From an uncultured Schlesneria sp. (GTDB lineage Bacteria > Planctomycetota > Planctomycetia > Planctomycetales > Planctomycetaceae), in contig CAILLA010000305.1 in assembly GCA_903834925.1 (NCBI GenBank), positions 7,115 to 71,114 of the forward strand: a stretch of DNA of 64,000 nucleotides, in the 5' to 3' direction. The position numbers and the translations under genes were made by a program. Each line of letters starts with the position of its first letter. The stretch's first letter is position 1. Shown here piece by piece: positions 18,400 through 27,936 of this stretch. The notes beneath the pieces were generated by a model. It saw only the letters and a program-made list of their open reading frames with translations, ran no database searches and was not told the DNA's origin.

Positions 18400-18782
18400 G
18401 ATTGCTACTCGATACGCATGCGTTCCTTTGGTTCGTGATCAATGACAGTTCGTTGACGACGGCCGCTCATGCACTCATCGCCGATCCGACCAACGAGATT
18501 TTCGTCAGCCCTGCAAGTTATTGGGAGGTTGCTATCAAGGTCAGCGTCGGAAAGTACCCGCTGAACGTTCCATTCGAACAGTTCTTCACCAAAGGAATCG
18601 AAGGGAACGATTTTTCGATTCTGCCGGTTACGATTCGGCACGCCACCGTCCTGGCATCGTTGCCGATGCATCACAAAGACCCGTTCAACCGGATGATTAT
18701 TTCGCAGGCGTTGGCAGAACAAATCCCCGTTCTCAGTGCCGACCAGGCATTCGATCCCCACCGCGTGACTCGGTTATGGTGA
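18396..18782 (+). CDS. vapC: PIN-domain toxin VapC
   Basis: MRLLLDTHAFLWFV...SPASYWEVAIK...HHKDPFNRMIISQA. The acidic PIN residues are in their canonical positions. Confidence 0.85.
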   Translation: MRLLLDTHAFLWFVINDSSLTTAAHALIADPTNEIFVSPASYWEVAIKVSVGKYPLNVPFEQFFTKGIEGNDFSILPVTIRHATVLASLPMHHKDPFNRMIISQALAEQIPVLSADQAFDPHRVTRLW

Positions 18783-18890
18783 GAACAGCTTCTCTTGTGA
18801 ATACGGTATATTCTAACGACACAATGAACTAATTCCACTGGTCTTACGGCGACAAACAATCGCTTGTCGTTACCTGAAAACTGAGCACTA

Positions 18891-19913
18891 ATGCATCAAC
18901 ACCTTAAACATGCTGTAACCGAGTTATTGGATGATCGTCGTCTTTCGGCTGAAATCATGAAATCTGCTGTCGGGGCCATCATGGATGGCGAATGTTCCGA
19001 GGCAGAAATCGCGGCGTTCCTGACCGCGCTGCGATGTCGTGGTGAATCCGTCGGTGAATTGGTCGGCGCGGCTAAAGCGATGCGGGAACGTGCTACGTCG
19101 ATCACTTGTCGCAGTCAACGCCTGCTTGACACATGTGGGACCGGCGGAGATCTGCTGAATACCTTTAATATCAGTACAGCGGCGGCCCTGGTTGCTGCCG
19201 CCGCTGGCCAGCCGGTTGCCAAACATGGAAATCGGAGCGCGACAAGTACCAGCGGATCTGCGGACGTACTCGAAGCCCTGGGCGTCAATTTGAAATTGTC
19301 GGCTCATCAAGTGGGACAATGCATCGACGAAATCGGCATCGGATTCTGTTTCGCTCCATTATTGCATGGAGCCATGAAACATGTTGCACCAGTTCGCAAA
19401 CAGCTTGGATTTCGCACGATATTCAATCTGCTTGGCCCTTTGACGAATCCTGCGGGTGCAACATTCCAGGTCATCGGAACAACGCGAACTGATGTTGCAG
19501 AACTGTTAGCACATGCTTTGCATGACCTGGGTATCCAACGGGCACTGGTTGTTTGCGGAAATAATGAGTTGGATGAAGTCAGTCTCTGGGGTGAAACTGC
19601 GGTCTTCGAAGTTTTGCCATCGGGGGTAATCCGGCACACCTGGAATGCTGCGATACTTGGTTTGCCAGAGTGCCATGTCGATTCGCTCCGTATCAATGAT
19701 GCCAGACAAAGTGCTGAAATTATCAGGCGAGTGTTTACAGGCGAGCGAAGTCCAGCTTATGACATGGTGGTCGCCAATGCGGGGGCGGCGCTCTTTGCAG
19801 CGAATCAAGCCGATTCGATTAAAGTTGCCGTGGCCGTGGCCCAAGGGGTGATTGACAGGGGCGAAGCCTTGGCGTTGGTGGAACGATTGAAAGACTGGAC
19901 GAATCGTCAATGA
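18891..19913 (+). CDS. trpD: anthranilate phosphoribosyltransferase
   Basis: DTCGTGGDLLNTFNISTAAALVAAAAGQPVAKHGNRSATSTSGSADVLEALG and RTIFNLLGPLTNPA motifs. Confidence 0.9.
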   Translation: MHQHLKHAVTELLDDRRLSAEIMKSAVGAIMDGECSEAEIAAFLTALRCRGESVGELVGAAKAMRERATSITCRSQRLLDTCGTGGDLLNTFNISTAAALVAAAAGQPVAKHGNRSATSTSGSADVLEALGVNLKLSAHQVGQCIDEIGIGFCFAPLLHGAMKHVAPVRKQLGFRTIFNLLGPLTNPAGATFQVIGTTRTDVAELLAHALHDLGIQRALVVCGNNELDEVSLWGETAVFEVLPSGVIRHTWNAAILGLPECHVDSLRINDARQSAEIIRRVFTGERSPAYDMVVANAGAALFAANQADSIKVAVAVAQGVIDRGEALALVERLKDWTNRQ

Positions 19914-20659
19914 AACTACAAACAGAAGTCCTGAACGGTCTGACATGCCATATCGCCGACGGATTGGCCGAAGGGGTCAAGCCCCGTTGTGTGGTTGTGC
20001 TTTGTCACGGATATGGAGCACCAGGAACAGACCTCGTCGGACTCGGTCAAATGCTTTTACGTCAGCCACGAATGTCGGCTACAGTCCAGTTTCTGTTCCC
20101 GGAAGCGCCACTTTCTCTCGAGGCATTGGGAATGCCCGATGGGCGGGCCTGGTGGCCGCTCGATATGCGGCGATTGCAGATGGCTGTCGCGCTGGGTACT
20201 TTTCATGAACTGCGAAAGGACTCTCCTGCGGAACTTCCCGCCGCGCGGGAAATGTTACTTGGCCTGATTCGAGAATGGTCACAGAGAACTGGTGTTCCTC
20301 TTGACCACTTCGTTCTCGGGGGATTCTCGCAAGGTTCGATGCTGGCCACCGACGTCACACTGCAGCTTGACGAGAACCCTGCGGGACTGGTCATCTTGTC
20401 AGGAACGTTAATGAACGAAGACGTCTGGCGTGACCGCGCGACGCATCACAAAGCCCTGCGAGTTCTTCAGTCACATGGAACAAATGACCCACTTTTGCCA
20501 TTTGCCGCGGCAGGTTGGATTCGAGATCTGTTAAAACAGGCGGGAGCAGACGTCGAATTTCTGCCATTCGCAGGTGGACACGAAATCCCACATACCGTGC
20601 TGGATCGATTTGGTACTTTTGTACGCGAAATCGTAGGCGATGGCAGGACATCGGTATAA
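19910..20659 (+). CDS. phospholipase/carboxylesterase-family alpha/beta hydrolase
   Basis: VVLCHGYGAPGTDL, GGFSQGSMLA (GxSxG) and a late GGHEI His. The start overlaps the trpD stop. Confidence 0.75.
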   Translation: MKLQTEVLNGLTCHIADGLAEGVKPRCVVVLCHGYGAPGTDLVGLGQMLLRQPRMSATVQFLFPEAPLSLEALGMPDGRAWWPLDMRRLQMAVALGTFHELRKDSPAELPAAREMLLGLIREWSQRTGVPLDHFVLGGFSQGSMLATDVTLQLDENPAGLVILSGTLMNEDVWRDRATHHKALRVLQSHGTNDPLLPFAAAGWIRDLLKQAGADVEFLPFAGGHEIPHTVLDRFGTFVREIVGDGRTSV

Positions 20660-20684
20660 TTCCCTAAAGATGTGCGAAAGATCA

Positions 20685-21272
20685 ATGCAAAACAAATCAC
20701 GAGTCGAAACGCACTCCACCACAATCCTCGCGGTCAGACATCAAGGCGAAGTGGCACTGGGAGGCGACGGCCAGGTCACTTATGGAACTGCCATCCTGAA
20801 GGCCGATACACGAAAAATCCGATGGATCCTCGACAAGAAGATGCTTGTTGGATTCGCCGGGTCGACGGCAGATGCGTTCTCGTTGCTCGAACGGTTTGAA
20901 GCAAAGGCCAAGAATTTTCCGGGAAACCTGCCACGTGCCGCGACGGAACTGGCTCGCGACTGGCGAACCGATCGCATTTTGCGAAAGTTGGAAGCGATGA
21001 TGATTGTTGTCGATGCCGAACATAGTCTGCTTGTCACCGGTCAGGGTGATGTCGTCCAGGCGACCGACGGAATCCTGGGGATTGGTTCCGGCGGAAACTA
21101 TGCCGTGGCAGCCGCTCGAGGATTGATCCGTCACTCAAACCTTTCTGCTTCTGACATCGTCCGTGAGTCGCTGAAGATCGCGTCGGAAATCGATATCTAC
21201 ACCAACGATAATATCATCGTCGAACAATTTGGAATCGCGAACAACAAGGCAGTCGCAACGCCGGGTCAGTGA
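20685..21272 (+). CDS. hslV: ATP-dependent protease subunit HslV
   Basis: HSTTILAVRHQGEVALGGDGQVT (N-terminal Thr active site), GFAGSTADAF and GSGGNYA motifs. Confidence 0.93.
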   Translation: MQNKSRVETHSTTILAVRHQGEVALGGDGQVTYGTAILKADTRKIRWILDKKMLVGFAGSTADAFSLLERFEAKAKNFPGNLPRAATELARDWRTDRILRKLEAMMIVVDAEHSLLVTGQGDVVQATDGILGIGSGGNYAVAAARGLIRHSNLSASDIVRESLKIASEIDIYTNDNIIVEQFGIANNKAVATPGQ

Positions 21273-21298
21273 TTCGAAAGGGATTTATTTTGCGTGAC

Positions 21299-22654
21299 AT
21301 GACACCGCGACAAATTGTGGCAGAACTCGACCAGCACATTGTCGGACAGGATAAAGCCAAACGTGCCGTCGCGATTGCACTGAGAAACCGCTGGCGATGG
21401 CAACGGCTTGCCGATGATGTTCGTCGTGAGATTACTCCAAAAAATATCATCATGATCGGTCCCACAGGTGTTGGAAAAACCGAAATCACACGACGCCTGG
21501 CCAAGCTGATTGGTTCACCGTTCGTCAAAGTCGAAGCAACGCGGTTCACCGAAGTGGGCTATGTGGGCCGAGATGTCGAAAGCATGATTCGGGAACTGGT
21601 CGATGCGTCGATCAATCTCGTCAAACAGCGGCGACGGGGTGAAGTCGAAAAGGACGCAACCAAAAACGTCGAAGAACGTCTGCTGGATTTGCTCGTTCCG
21701 CATGAACCTCGGCAACTCCCTCGTAACGACGAGAACGAGTCGACTACTCAAGACGAGCACGACGCACGACACGAACGAACGCGTGAAAAGTTTCGGCAGA
21801 TGCTTCGTACGGGATCACTCGATGAACGGCAAGTGGAACTGACCGTGCAACAGCGGAAGATCCCGGTCCAGATGTTTTCAAATATGGGCATGGAGCAGAT
21901 GGATGTTGATTTCCAGCAGTTATTCGAACGTGTCATGCCAAAGCAGTCGAAGGACCGCAAAGTCACGGTTAAAGAGGCTCGCCGCATCCTGCTTGAACAA
22001 GAAACCGAATCGCTGCTCGACAAAGACGCGATTCATGACGAAGCGTTACGACTCGCTGAACACAGCGGAATCGTGTTTCTGGATGAAATCGACAAAATCT
22101 GTACCTCTGGCGAATCTGGTCACGGTGGCACGGACGTCAGTCGCCAGGGTGTCCAACGCGATCTACTTCCCATCGTAGAGGGTGCCACGGTCAACACACG
22201 ATACGGATCGATCAAAACAGACCACATTCTATTTATCGCCGCTGGAGCTTTTCATTCGTCGAGGCCTGCCGACCTGATGCCGGAATTGCAGGGGCGGTTT
22301 CCTATCCGGGTGGAACTCGACGACCTCACGAAATCAGATTTCCTTCGGATTTTGACCGAGCCGTCCGCATCGATCACACGGCAGTACCAGCAATTACTTG
22401 CCGTTGATGGGATTCAGATTTCGTTCACATCTGATGGTCTTGCGGAAATTGCCGAAGTCGCCTGGAGGGTCAACCAGTCAACTCAAAATATCGGAGCACG
22501 CCGACTTCACACGATCATGGAACGGCTGTTGGAAAACGTCAGTTTTGAAGGCCCGGATGCTTCGGCAACTCAGATCAGTGTTGATTGTGAATTCGTGAAA
22601 CGGCAACTGGAAGAAATTAGCCAGGACGAAGACTTGAGCAAGTTTATTCTGTAG
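21299..22654 (+). CDS. hslU: ATP-dependent protease ATPase subunit HslU
   Basis: [34 protein letters not shown], Walker A [10 protein letters not shown], Walker B [9 protein letters not shown] and the C-terminal [13 protein letters not shown] motif. Confidence 0.95.
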   Translation: [451 protein letters not shown]

Positions 22655-22669
22655 TCGTAACGACTTGAT

Positions 22670-22692
22670 TCTTCGCACGCCGCGAAGATTTT
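22670..22692 (+). terminator. rho-independent terminator candidate after hslU
   Basis: TCTTCGC-ACGCC-GCGAAGA stem-loop followed by TTTT. Confidence 0.5.
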
Positions 22693-22760
22693 CCATGTGA
22701 GGGCGACGCTCCCATCACAAAACCGAGCCACAAAAAACGTAGTAAGCCGGAAGAATTGTT

Positions 22761-23117
22761 ATGGCAAAATGCGAACTTGGATACCTGTGCGAAGTATGTG
22801 GAGCGGAAGTCGAAGACATCACGCAAAGCGATCTCTATCTACGATTCGTACTGGGTGAGGTCGAAGCGAGATATCTGATGACTGCCAAAGAACGTCATCT
22901 TCGCTGCAATCCTGTTTCGGCCCAATTCATCGTCGACCCTGGATTTGAACCAATTTTTGTTGAAGGACCGTTCGACAAACGAAATCAGGACCCTGCTGAA
23001 GTCGCTCGGCGCGAAGCCCGAACAACACTGGCCTGGCGTCGGCTTCAGGAAGTGCGCAGCCTTGGCCTACCCATCAGCGACTATCCATTGGACCGTATGG
23101 AAATGATTGAAGAATGA
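22761..23117 (+). CDS. hypothetical protein with an N-terminal CxxxxxCxxC motif
   Basis: 118-aa ORF reading MAKCELGYLCEVCGAEV... Confidence 0.55.
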   Translation: MAKCELGYLCEVCGAEVEDITQSDLYLRFVLGEVEARYLMTAKERHLRCNPVSAQFIVDPGFEPIFVEGPFDKRNQDPAEVARREARTTLAWRRLQEVRSLGLPISDYPLDRMEMIEE

Positions 23118-23149
23118 ACAACTGGTTTGAGAAAGTCCATGTAATGAAA

Positions 23150-23242
23150 GCGCCACTGCTTTCACGTCTTCGGGCAAACAGTGCTTTTCGACCCGCAGAA
23201 AGAGAAGACACTGCTTTTCCGAAGACTCCAAAGCAGTGGCAC
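23150..23242 (+). repeat. MITE-like double-hairpin element, copy E
   Basis: GCGCCACTGCTT...CACTGCTTTTCCGAAGACTCCAAAGCAGTGGCAC, with the same architecture as copies A-D. Confidence 0.8.
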
Positions 23243-23307
23243 AAATAGGATTCACAGCGTAAGTTGTAAATCCTGGAACAACATCCTCTCGATTTCCTAA
23301 TAACCCC

Positions 23308-23958
23308 ATGGCGCTTTGGCCCGAACAGACAGTGACGCAGAACCTGCTGGCGAATGCCAGACAAGGGGATCGTGCAGCCGTGAACCGGCTGCTTGAACGG
23401 CACCGCGTTTCGCTCAAAAAGCTGATTCAATTGAGGCTGGACCGTAAGATTGCCAGACGGGTCGATGCCAGTGATGTCGTTCAAGACGTCTTGATGGAAG
23501 CAAACACCCGATTGCAGGACTACCTGGCCGACCCTCGAATGCCGTTTCATCTGTGGTTGAGACAACTGGCGCAGGACCGGATGATCGACGTATATCGGCG
23601 ACATCGCGGCGCCCAGCGCCGCAGCCTTGACCGGGAGCAGTCGATCACTGCACCACAGTTTTCGGATCAATCGGGATTCGATCTGATGGGACAATTGGCC
23701 GATCACGAATTGACACCAGCCGCAGCAAGTATCCGCAAGGAATTAGAAGCTCGCTTCGTGTTGGCGCTGGATCAACTTGAAGACGAAGACCGCGAGATTG
23801 TGTTGATGCGACATTTTGAACAACTCGGTAACAGTGAAGTCGCCGATGCACTCGGTTTGTCCGCCGCAGCAGCTGGGATGAGACATTTACGGGCTCTTCG
23901 CAAGTTGCGGGCTATTCTTGGCGATCGGCCTTCTCAGTCAGGAAGTCGGGTTGAATGA
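23308..23958 (+). CDS. ECF-type RNA polymerase sigma-70 family factor
   Basis: Region 2 (DASDVVQDVLMEA...FHLWLRQLAQDRMIDVYRRH) and region 4 (REIVLMRHFEQLGNSEVADALGLSAAAAGMRHLRALRKLR). Confidence 0.85.
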   Translation: MALWPEQTVTQNLLANARQGDRAAVNRLLERHRVSLKKLIQLRLDRKIARRVDASDVVQDVLMEANTRLQDYLADPRMPFHLWLRQLAQDRMIDVYRRHRGAQRRSLDREQSITAPQFSDQSGFDLMGQLADHELTPAAASIRKELEARFVLALDQLEDEDREIVLMRHFEQLGNSEVADALGLSAAAAGMRHLRALRKLRAILGDRPSQSGSRVE

Positions 23959-24032
23959 GTCGCAAAAAACGAGTGACAGCCAAACTATAGTTCTCATTGA
24001 AGACTGAACTTTGAAAATCACGGACCAACTGA

Positions 24033-25718
24033 ATGTCGCCCAGTCACGATGAATTGCTCGTCTCACTTCTAGACCGTGTGCTGGAATCGTCACGGGGTGG
24101 AAGTTCCGAGGCATTCGAAGCCATTGTGCGCGAGCACCCCGATCTGGCGATTGAGTTGCGTGAACTCTGGGCCACGATGCAGATCGCGGATGACTTTGCC
24201 AGTATTTCTGAGTTGTTTGATGACGAACCATTTGTGGATTCACGCATTTCAACAGCGCCGGCGAACCCGCCGGAAGATTGCGGCGATTATGAGTTACTTG
24301 GAGAACTCGGACGGGGTGGGATGGGAGTCGTTTACCGGGCACGACAAAAGAGTCTCGACCGGATCGTTGCGTTGAAAATGATTCTCCGAGGTGACCACGC
24401 CTCGTCCGCAGATATTGCTCGCTTTCGAGCGGAAGCCGAGTCAGCAGCACAATTGCATCATCCCAACATTGTCAACGTTTACGAAGTGGGCGAGTTTGAA
24501 GGGCGTCCCTATTTCAGCATGAAGCTGATTGAAGGAACGACACTGGCCAAGCGGCTGACCGATGGGCCTCTTCCCTCCCGAATGGCGGCTGAGATGCTTG
24601 CCCCGATCTGCCGGGCGATTGCTGATGCACATCGACGCGGGGTGCTGCATCGCGACCTCAAACCGTCCAATATTCTGATTGATTCCGAGGGAAGAACTTA
24701 CGTCACCGACTTCGGGTTGGCCAAACGGTTGTCGACCGGATCAAATGATCTGGACGATTCGACAATTGCTTCGAACCTGACGATTACCGGTGCAATTTTA
24801 GGAACACCCGGATATATGGCCCCTGAACAGGCGGCTGGAGGGCGAGGCGAAGTCAGTACGTCAACGGACATTTATTCACTCGGTGCAATCCTCTATGCGA
24901 TGCTTACGGGCCGCCCGCCATTTCAAGCTGCATCGGCCGTTGATACGGTCTTAATGGTTCGCGAGCAGGACCCGTTACCGCCGCGAATGCTCAATCCTCA
25001 GGCCGATCCGGATCTGGAAATGATCTGCCTGAAGTGTCTGCAAAAGCCTGCTGACTTGAGGTATGCCACTGCGGATGATCTCGCTGACGACCTCGAAGCA
25101 TTCCTGAAGAGCGAACCGATTTCGGCTCGTTCCACCCAGTTATCGCAGATCATTTCGCTCGCCTTTCGCGAGACCCATCACGCGGCAATTCTCGAAAACT
25201 GGGGGTTGTTATGGATGTGGCACAGTATGGTCGTCATGGTGATGTGTATCATTACCAATGTGATGCACTACAACGGCATAGAGTCTCGATGGCCTTACGC
25301 AACGATGTGGTCATTTGGTTCGTGCGGCTGGGCTTTCATCTTCTGGGAACTTCGCCGTCGCTCAGGCCCCATCACCTTTGTTGAACGCCAAATCGCACAC
25401 GTCTGGGCGGGAAGCGTGGGGTCAAGTATGTTCCTGTACGGCCTGGAACCGATTCTGAAGCTTCCCGTGCTGTCACTTTCGCCGATTCTGCCGTTGATTG
25501 CCGGAAATGTGTTTTTCGCGAAAGCGGGTATCCTTTCGGGTAAGTTCTACGTCCAGGGAGTCGCCCTTTATTTAACGTCGGTGATCATGGCGTTCCTCCA
25601 GCTTTATCCGCGTTACGACTTTGGAGTTTCGCTGCTTGGCGTTGTTCTGGGCGGCTGTTTCTTTCTCCCTGGTTTGAAATACCACCGCCAACGCGCTCGA
25701 AATCTGCGAAAGATTTAG
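24033..25718 (+). CDS. Ser/Thr protein kinase with a C-terminal multi-TM domain
   Basis: GRGGMGVVYRA, VALKMI, HRDLKPSNIL, DFGLAK and GTPGYMAPE motifs. The C-terminal ~190 aa are hydrophobic. Confidence 0.9.
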   Translation: MSPSHDELLVSLLDRVLESSRGGSSEAFEAIVREHPDLAIELRELWATMQIADDFASISELFDDEPFVDSRISTAPANPPEDCGDYELLGELGRGGMGVVYRARQKSLDRIVALKMILRGDHASSADIARFRAEAESAAQLHHPNIVNVYEVGEFEGRPYFSMKLIEGTTLAKRLTDGPLPSRMAAEMLAPICRAIADAHRRGVLHRDLKPSNILIDSEGRTYVTDFGLAKRLSTGSNDLDDSTIASNLTITGAILGTPGYMAPEQAAGGRGEVSTSTDIYSLGAILYAMLTGRPPFQAASAVDTVLMVREQDPLPPRMLNPQADPDLEMICLKCLQKPADLRYATADDLADDLEAFLKSEPISARSTQLSQIISLAFRETHHAAILENWGLLWMWHSMVVMVMCIITNVMHYNGIESRWPYATMWSFGSCGWAFIFWELRRRSGPITFVERQIAHVWAGSVGSSMFLYGLEPILKLPVLSLSPILPLIAGNVFFAKAGILSGKFYVQGVALYLTSVIMAFLQLYPRYDFGVSLLGVVLGGCFFLPGLKYHRQRARNLRKI

Positions 25719-25773
25719 ATCCGTCAACGTTCAACGGAACACGGTTATTTTCGAGAAATGATGAGGAATTGAC

Positions 25774-26658
25774 ATGTGCGCGTTACTGACGGGGTTGTCA
25801 TTGTATTTATTACTCGCGGCAGCTGATCCAGCGTCGCCGATCCAGATCGATGGTGCGCAACTCACTCTGATTGAACACGCCGAGATTTCCGCGCGGGAAG
25901 CAGGCGTTTTGAACCAAATTTATGTCACCGAAGGTAAAACTGTCGAAGCAAATGCTCCCCTGGCACTGATCGATGATCTGGATGCGAAATTGGCACAACA
26001 ACGGGCCGATACGGAATATGTGATGGCAAAGTCCGTGGCAGAAAACGACCTCAAGGTGAGATTTACAAGAAAGTCACTGGAAGTTGCGAAATCCGAATTA
26101 AAGCGATCACTTGAGTCCGTCGAAAAGTTTCCAAAAAGTGTCTCGCAGACCGAACTGGACCGATTGAAGTTACTCGCTGACAAAGCGGAACTGGAAGTTG
26201 ACCTGACAGAAGTCGAAATGGCGCAGGCCAAAATGACACTTCAATTGAAAAAACACGATCTGGACCGCGCAACAATGCATCTTGAACGCCGCACGATCAA
26301 GGCACCATTCCCAGGGATGGTCGTTCAATGGAAGCGCCAGCGAGGCGAGTGGCTGGATGCCGCGACTCCGGTCGTCCGCCTGATTCGACTGAATCGTCTG
26401 CGGGCCGAGGGTTTTGTGAGTTCGAAGATTTCGTCGGTGAAGCTTGTCGGACGATCGGCCACATTCCTTGTGAACGGAATCAAGCACAAGGGAACGCTCA
26501 ATTTCGTGCATCCGGAAATCGATCCTGTGAATCAACAAGTCCGCGTCTGGGCCGAAATCGATAACGAGGATTTGTTATTAAGACCTGGTGAAACAGGAAC
26601 GCTTTTCATCAATGAGACTGAAATCGTAAAGGGGGATATTCCGTCGAAAGTGAAGTGA
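25774..26658 (+). CDS. HlyD-family/efflux periplasmic adaptor-like protein
   Basis: Lipoyl-like hairpin halves (GVLNQIYVTEGKTVEANAPLALID ... IKAPFPGMVVQ) separated by a coiled coil. Confidence 0.6.
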   Translation: MCALLTGLSLYLLLAAADPASPIQIDGAQLTLIEHAEISAREAGVLNQIYVTEGKTVEANAPLALIDDLDAKLAQQRADTEYVMAKSVAENDLKVRFTRKSLEVAKSELKRSLESVEKFPKSVSQTELDRLKLLADKAELEVDLTEVEMAQAKMTLQLKKHDLDRATMHLERRTIKAPFPGMVVQWKRQRGEWLDAATPVVRLIRLNRLRAEGFVSSKISSVKLVGRSATFLVNGIKHKGTLNFVHPEIDPVNQQVRVWAEIDNEDLLLRPGETGTLFINETEIVKGDIPSKVK

Positions 26659-26877
26659 AATAACAGGACAATGATCCCCGTTGCCACGATTTCCTCGTTT
26701 CTGCTAGGCTTCCAGTCAAGCCATCCCAACGGCTGGTCGCGGAGGTCCAATGATGTTTGCCCAACTTCTTCGACACGTAACGTGTCTCAAGTTCGCGCAT
26801 CGGCTGATCAACCGAATCGGAGCGTCGGGTGGGGACTCAATACCGCAGTGATCGCAGTAAGAGAGCATACGGAATTC

Positions 26878-27669
26878 ATGGCGAGACTTACCCAGGTCGA
26901 TCTCAACGAACTTAATCAGTCTTTCGAGCAGGATTCGCCCCTCGATCTGCTCCGTTGGGTCAAAGAAATATTTGGTGAACGGGCGGCAATGCTTTCCGCG
27001 ATGCAGCGAGCGGGATGTGCCGTTTGCCACATGATCGGCCACGCGCGGCTTGAGATTCCGATTCTCTTCGTTGATACGGGAGTCAACTTTCAAGAGACGC
27101 TTGATACGAGAGATCGCGTGGCTCGGGATTACGGATTGGATGTCATCACGTTGTCGCCGCTGAAATCAATGGAAGAACAGACAAAGGAACTGGGGATATT
27201 GTATCTGACCCCTGAAGGTCAAAAGCAGTGCTGCTCACTGCGAAAGATCGAACCACTGCTTCAAGCAAAAGGACGTTTTGATTGCCTGGTTGGCAGCCTG
27301 CGTCGAGCCGAAGGCGGCAGACGGAGTACGATTCCCATTGTCAGTATTGATGTGGAAATGAACTGCCTGCGAGTTAACCCGCTCGCCAATTTTACCGACT
27401 TTGAACTTGAAACCTACCTGGCCGAGAACGATGTGATTGTCAATCCGCTTCACGCACAAGGCTACACAACTATTGGCTGTAACCGTTGTACTACACCGGT
27501 GTTACCGACCGAACCAAAACGAGCCGGTCGGTGGAGACACCTTGGAAGCTGGTCGGCATATTGTGAGATCAATCCCAGCGACAGAGCGGGAGGCCTGGTA
27601 AAATCAGTCGATCTGTCTGACGATCTGGTCGATCGATTACTCGGTCGAAAAACCGATTTTGCGATTTAA
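26878..27669 (+). CDS. phosphoadenosine phosphosulfate (PAPS/APS) reductase-family protein
   Basis: Start trimmed to MARLTQVDLNELN. FVDTGVNFQETL, CCSLRKIEPL and RVNPLANFTDFELETYL motifs are present, with GCNRCT near the C-terminus. Confidence 0.7.
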   Translation: MARLTQVDLNELNQSFEQDSPLDLLRWVKEIFGERAAMLSAMQRAGCAVCHMIGHARLEIPILFVDTGVNFQETLDTRDRVARDYGLDVITLSPLKSMEEQTKELGILYLTPEGQKQCCSLRKIEPLLQAKGRFDCLVGSLRRAEGGRRSTIPIVSIDVEMNCLRVNPLANFTDFELETYLAENDVIVNPLHAQGYTTIGCNRCTTPVLPTEPKRAGRWRHLGSWSAYCEINPSDRAGGLVKSVDLSDDLVDRLLGRKTDFAI

Positions 27670-27765
27670 GTCGACCATTGATTGCGGGAAACGAAGTAAA
27701 GTCAAAGCGGTGGCACTTGACGCGGGAACGTTCCCCGCTCATGATGTCCCTCCGCAGATTTTCAA

Positions 27766-27849
27766 GCCGATGTGGCGGAACTGGCAGACGCGCTGGATTC
27801 AAAATCCAGTGTCCTACAAGACGTGTGGGTTCGAGTCCCACCATCGGCA
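27766..27849 (+). tRNA. tRNA-Leu (anticodon CAA)
   Basis: Manual cloverleaf: acceptor GCCGATG/CATCGGC plus discriminator A, D-arm GCG-GAACTGGCAGA-CGC, anticodon arm CTGGA-TTCAAAA-TCCAG, long variable arm (GTC-CTACAA-GAC) and T-arm GTGGG-TTCGAGT-CCCAC. Confidence 0.9.
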
Positions 27850-27865
27850 CTCATACTGCGAAAGG
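27796..27865 (+). repeat. attL: direct repeat made of the tRNA-Leu 3' part plus ~14 bp downstream
   Basis: GATTCAAAATCCAGTGTC, then a 6-nt variable loop, then GACGTGTGGGTTCGAGTCCCACCATCGGCACT, then (C)ATACTGCGAA.GG. It matches 61972-62040. Confidence 0.85.
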
Positions 27866-27900
27866 ACTTACGACGATTTGCCGTAAGTCCTTTTTGCATT
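27861..27900 (+). terminator. rho-independent terminator after tRNA-Leu
   Basis: AAAGGACTTACG-N9-CGTAAGTCCTTT stem followed by a T-rich run. Confidence 0.65.
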
Positions 27901-27909
27901 TTTTGGACT

Positions 27910-27936
27910 GAGTTCTACACCGAGTTCTACATTTTT
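27910..27936 (+). promoter_or_regulatory. tandem GAGTTCTACA motifs (candidate integrase arm-type sites), left end
   Basis: GAGTTCTACAccGAGTTCTACATTTTT. A near-identical pair lies at 61848-61873. Confidence 0.5.

Noticed and set aside
23074-23706. 210-aa minus-strand ORF
   Set aside because: It runs antisense through the ECF sigma gene and through MITE-like copy E. The sigma frame has canonical region 2 and 4 motifs.
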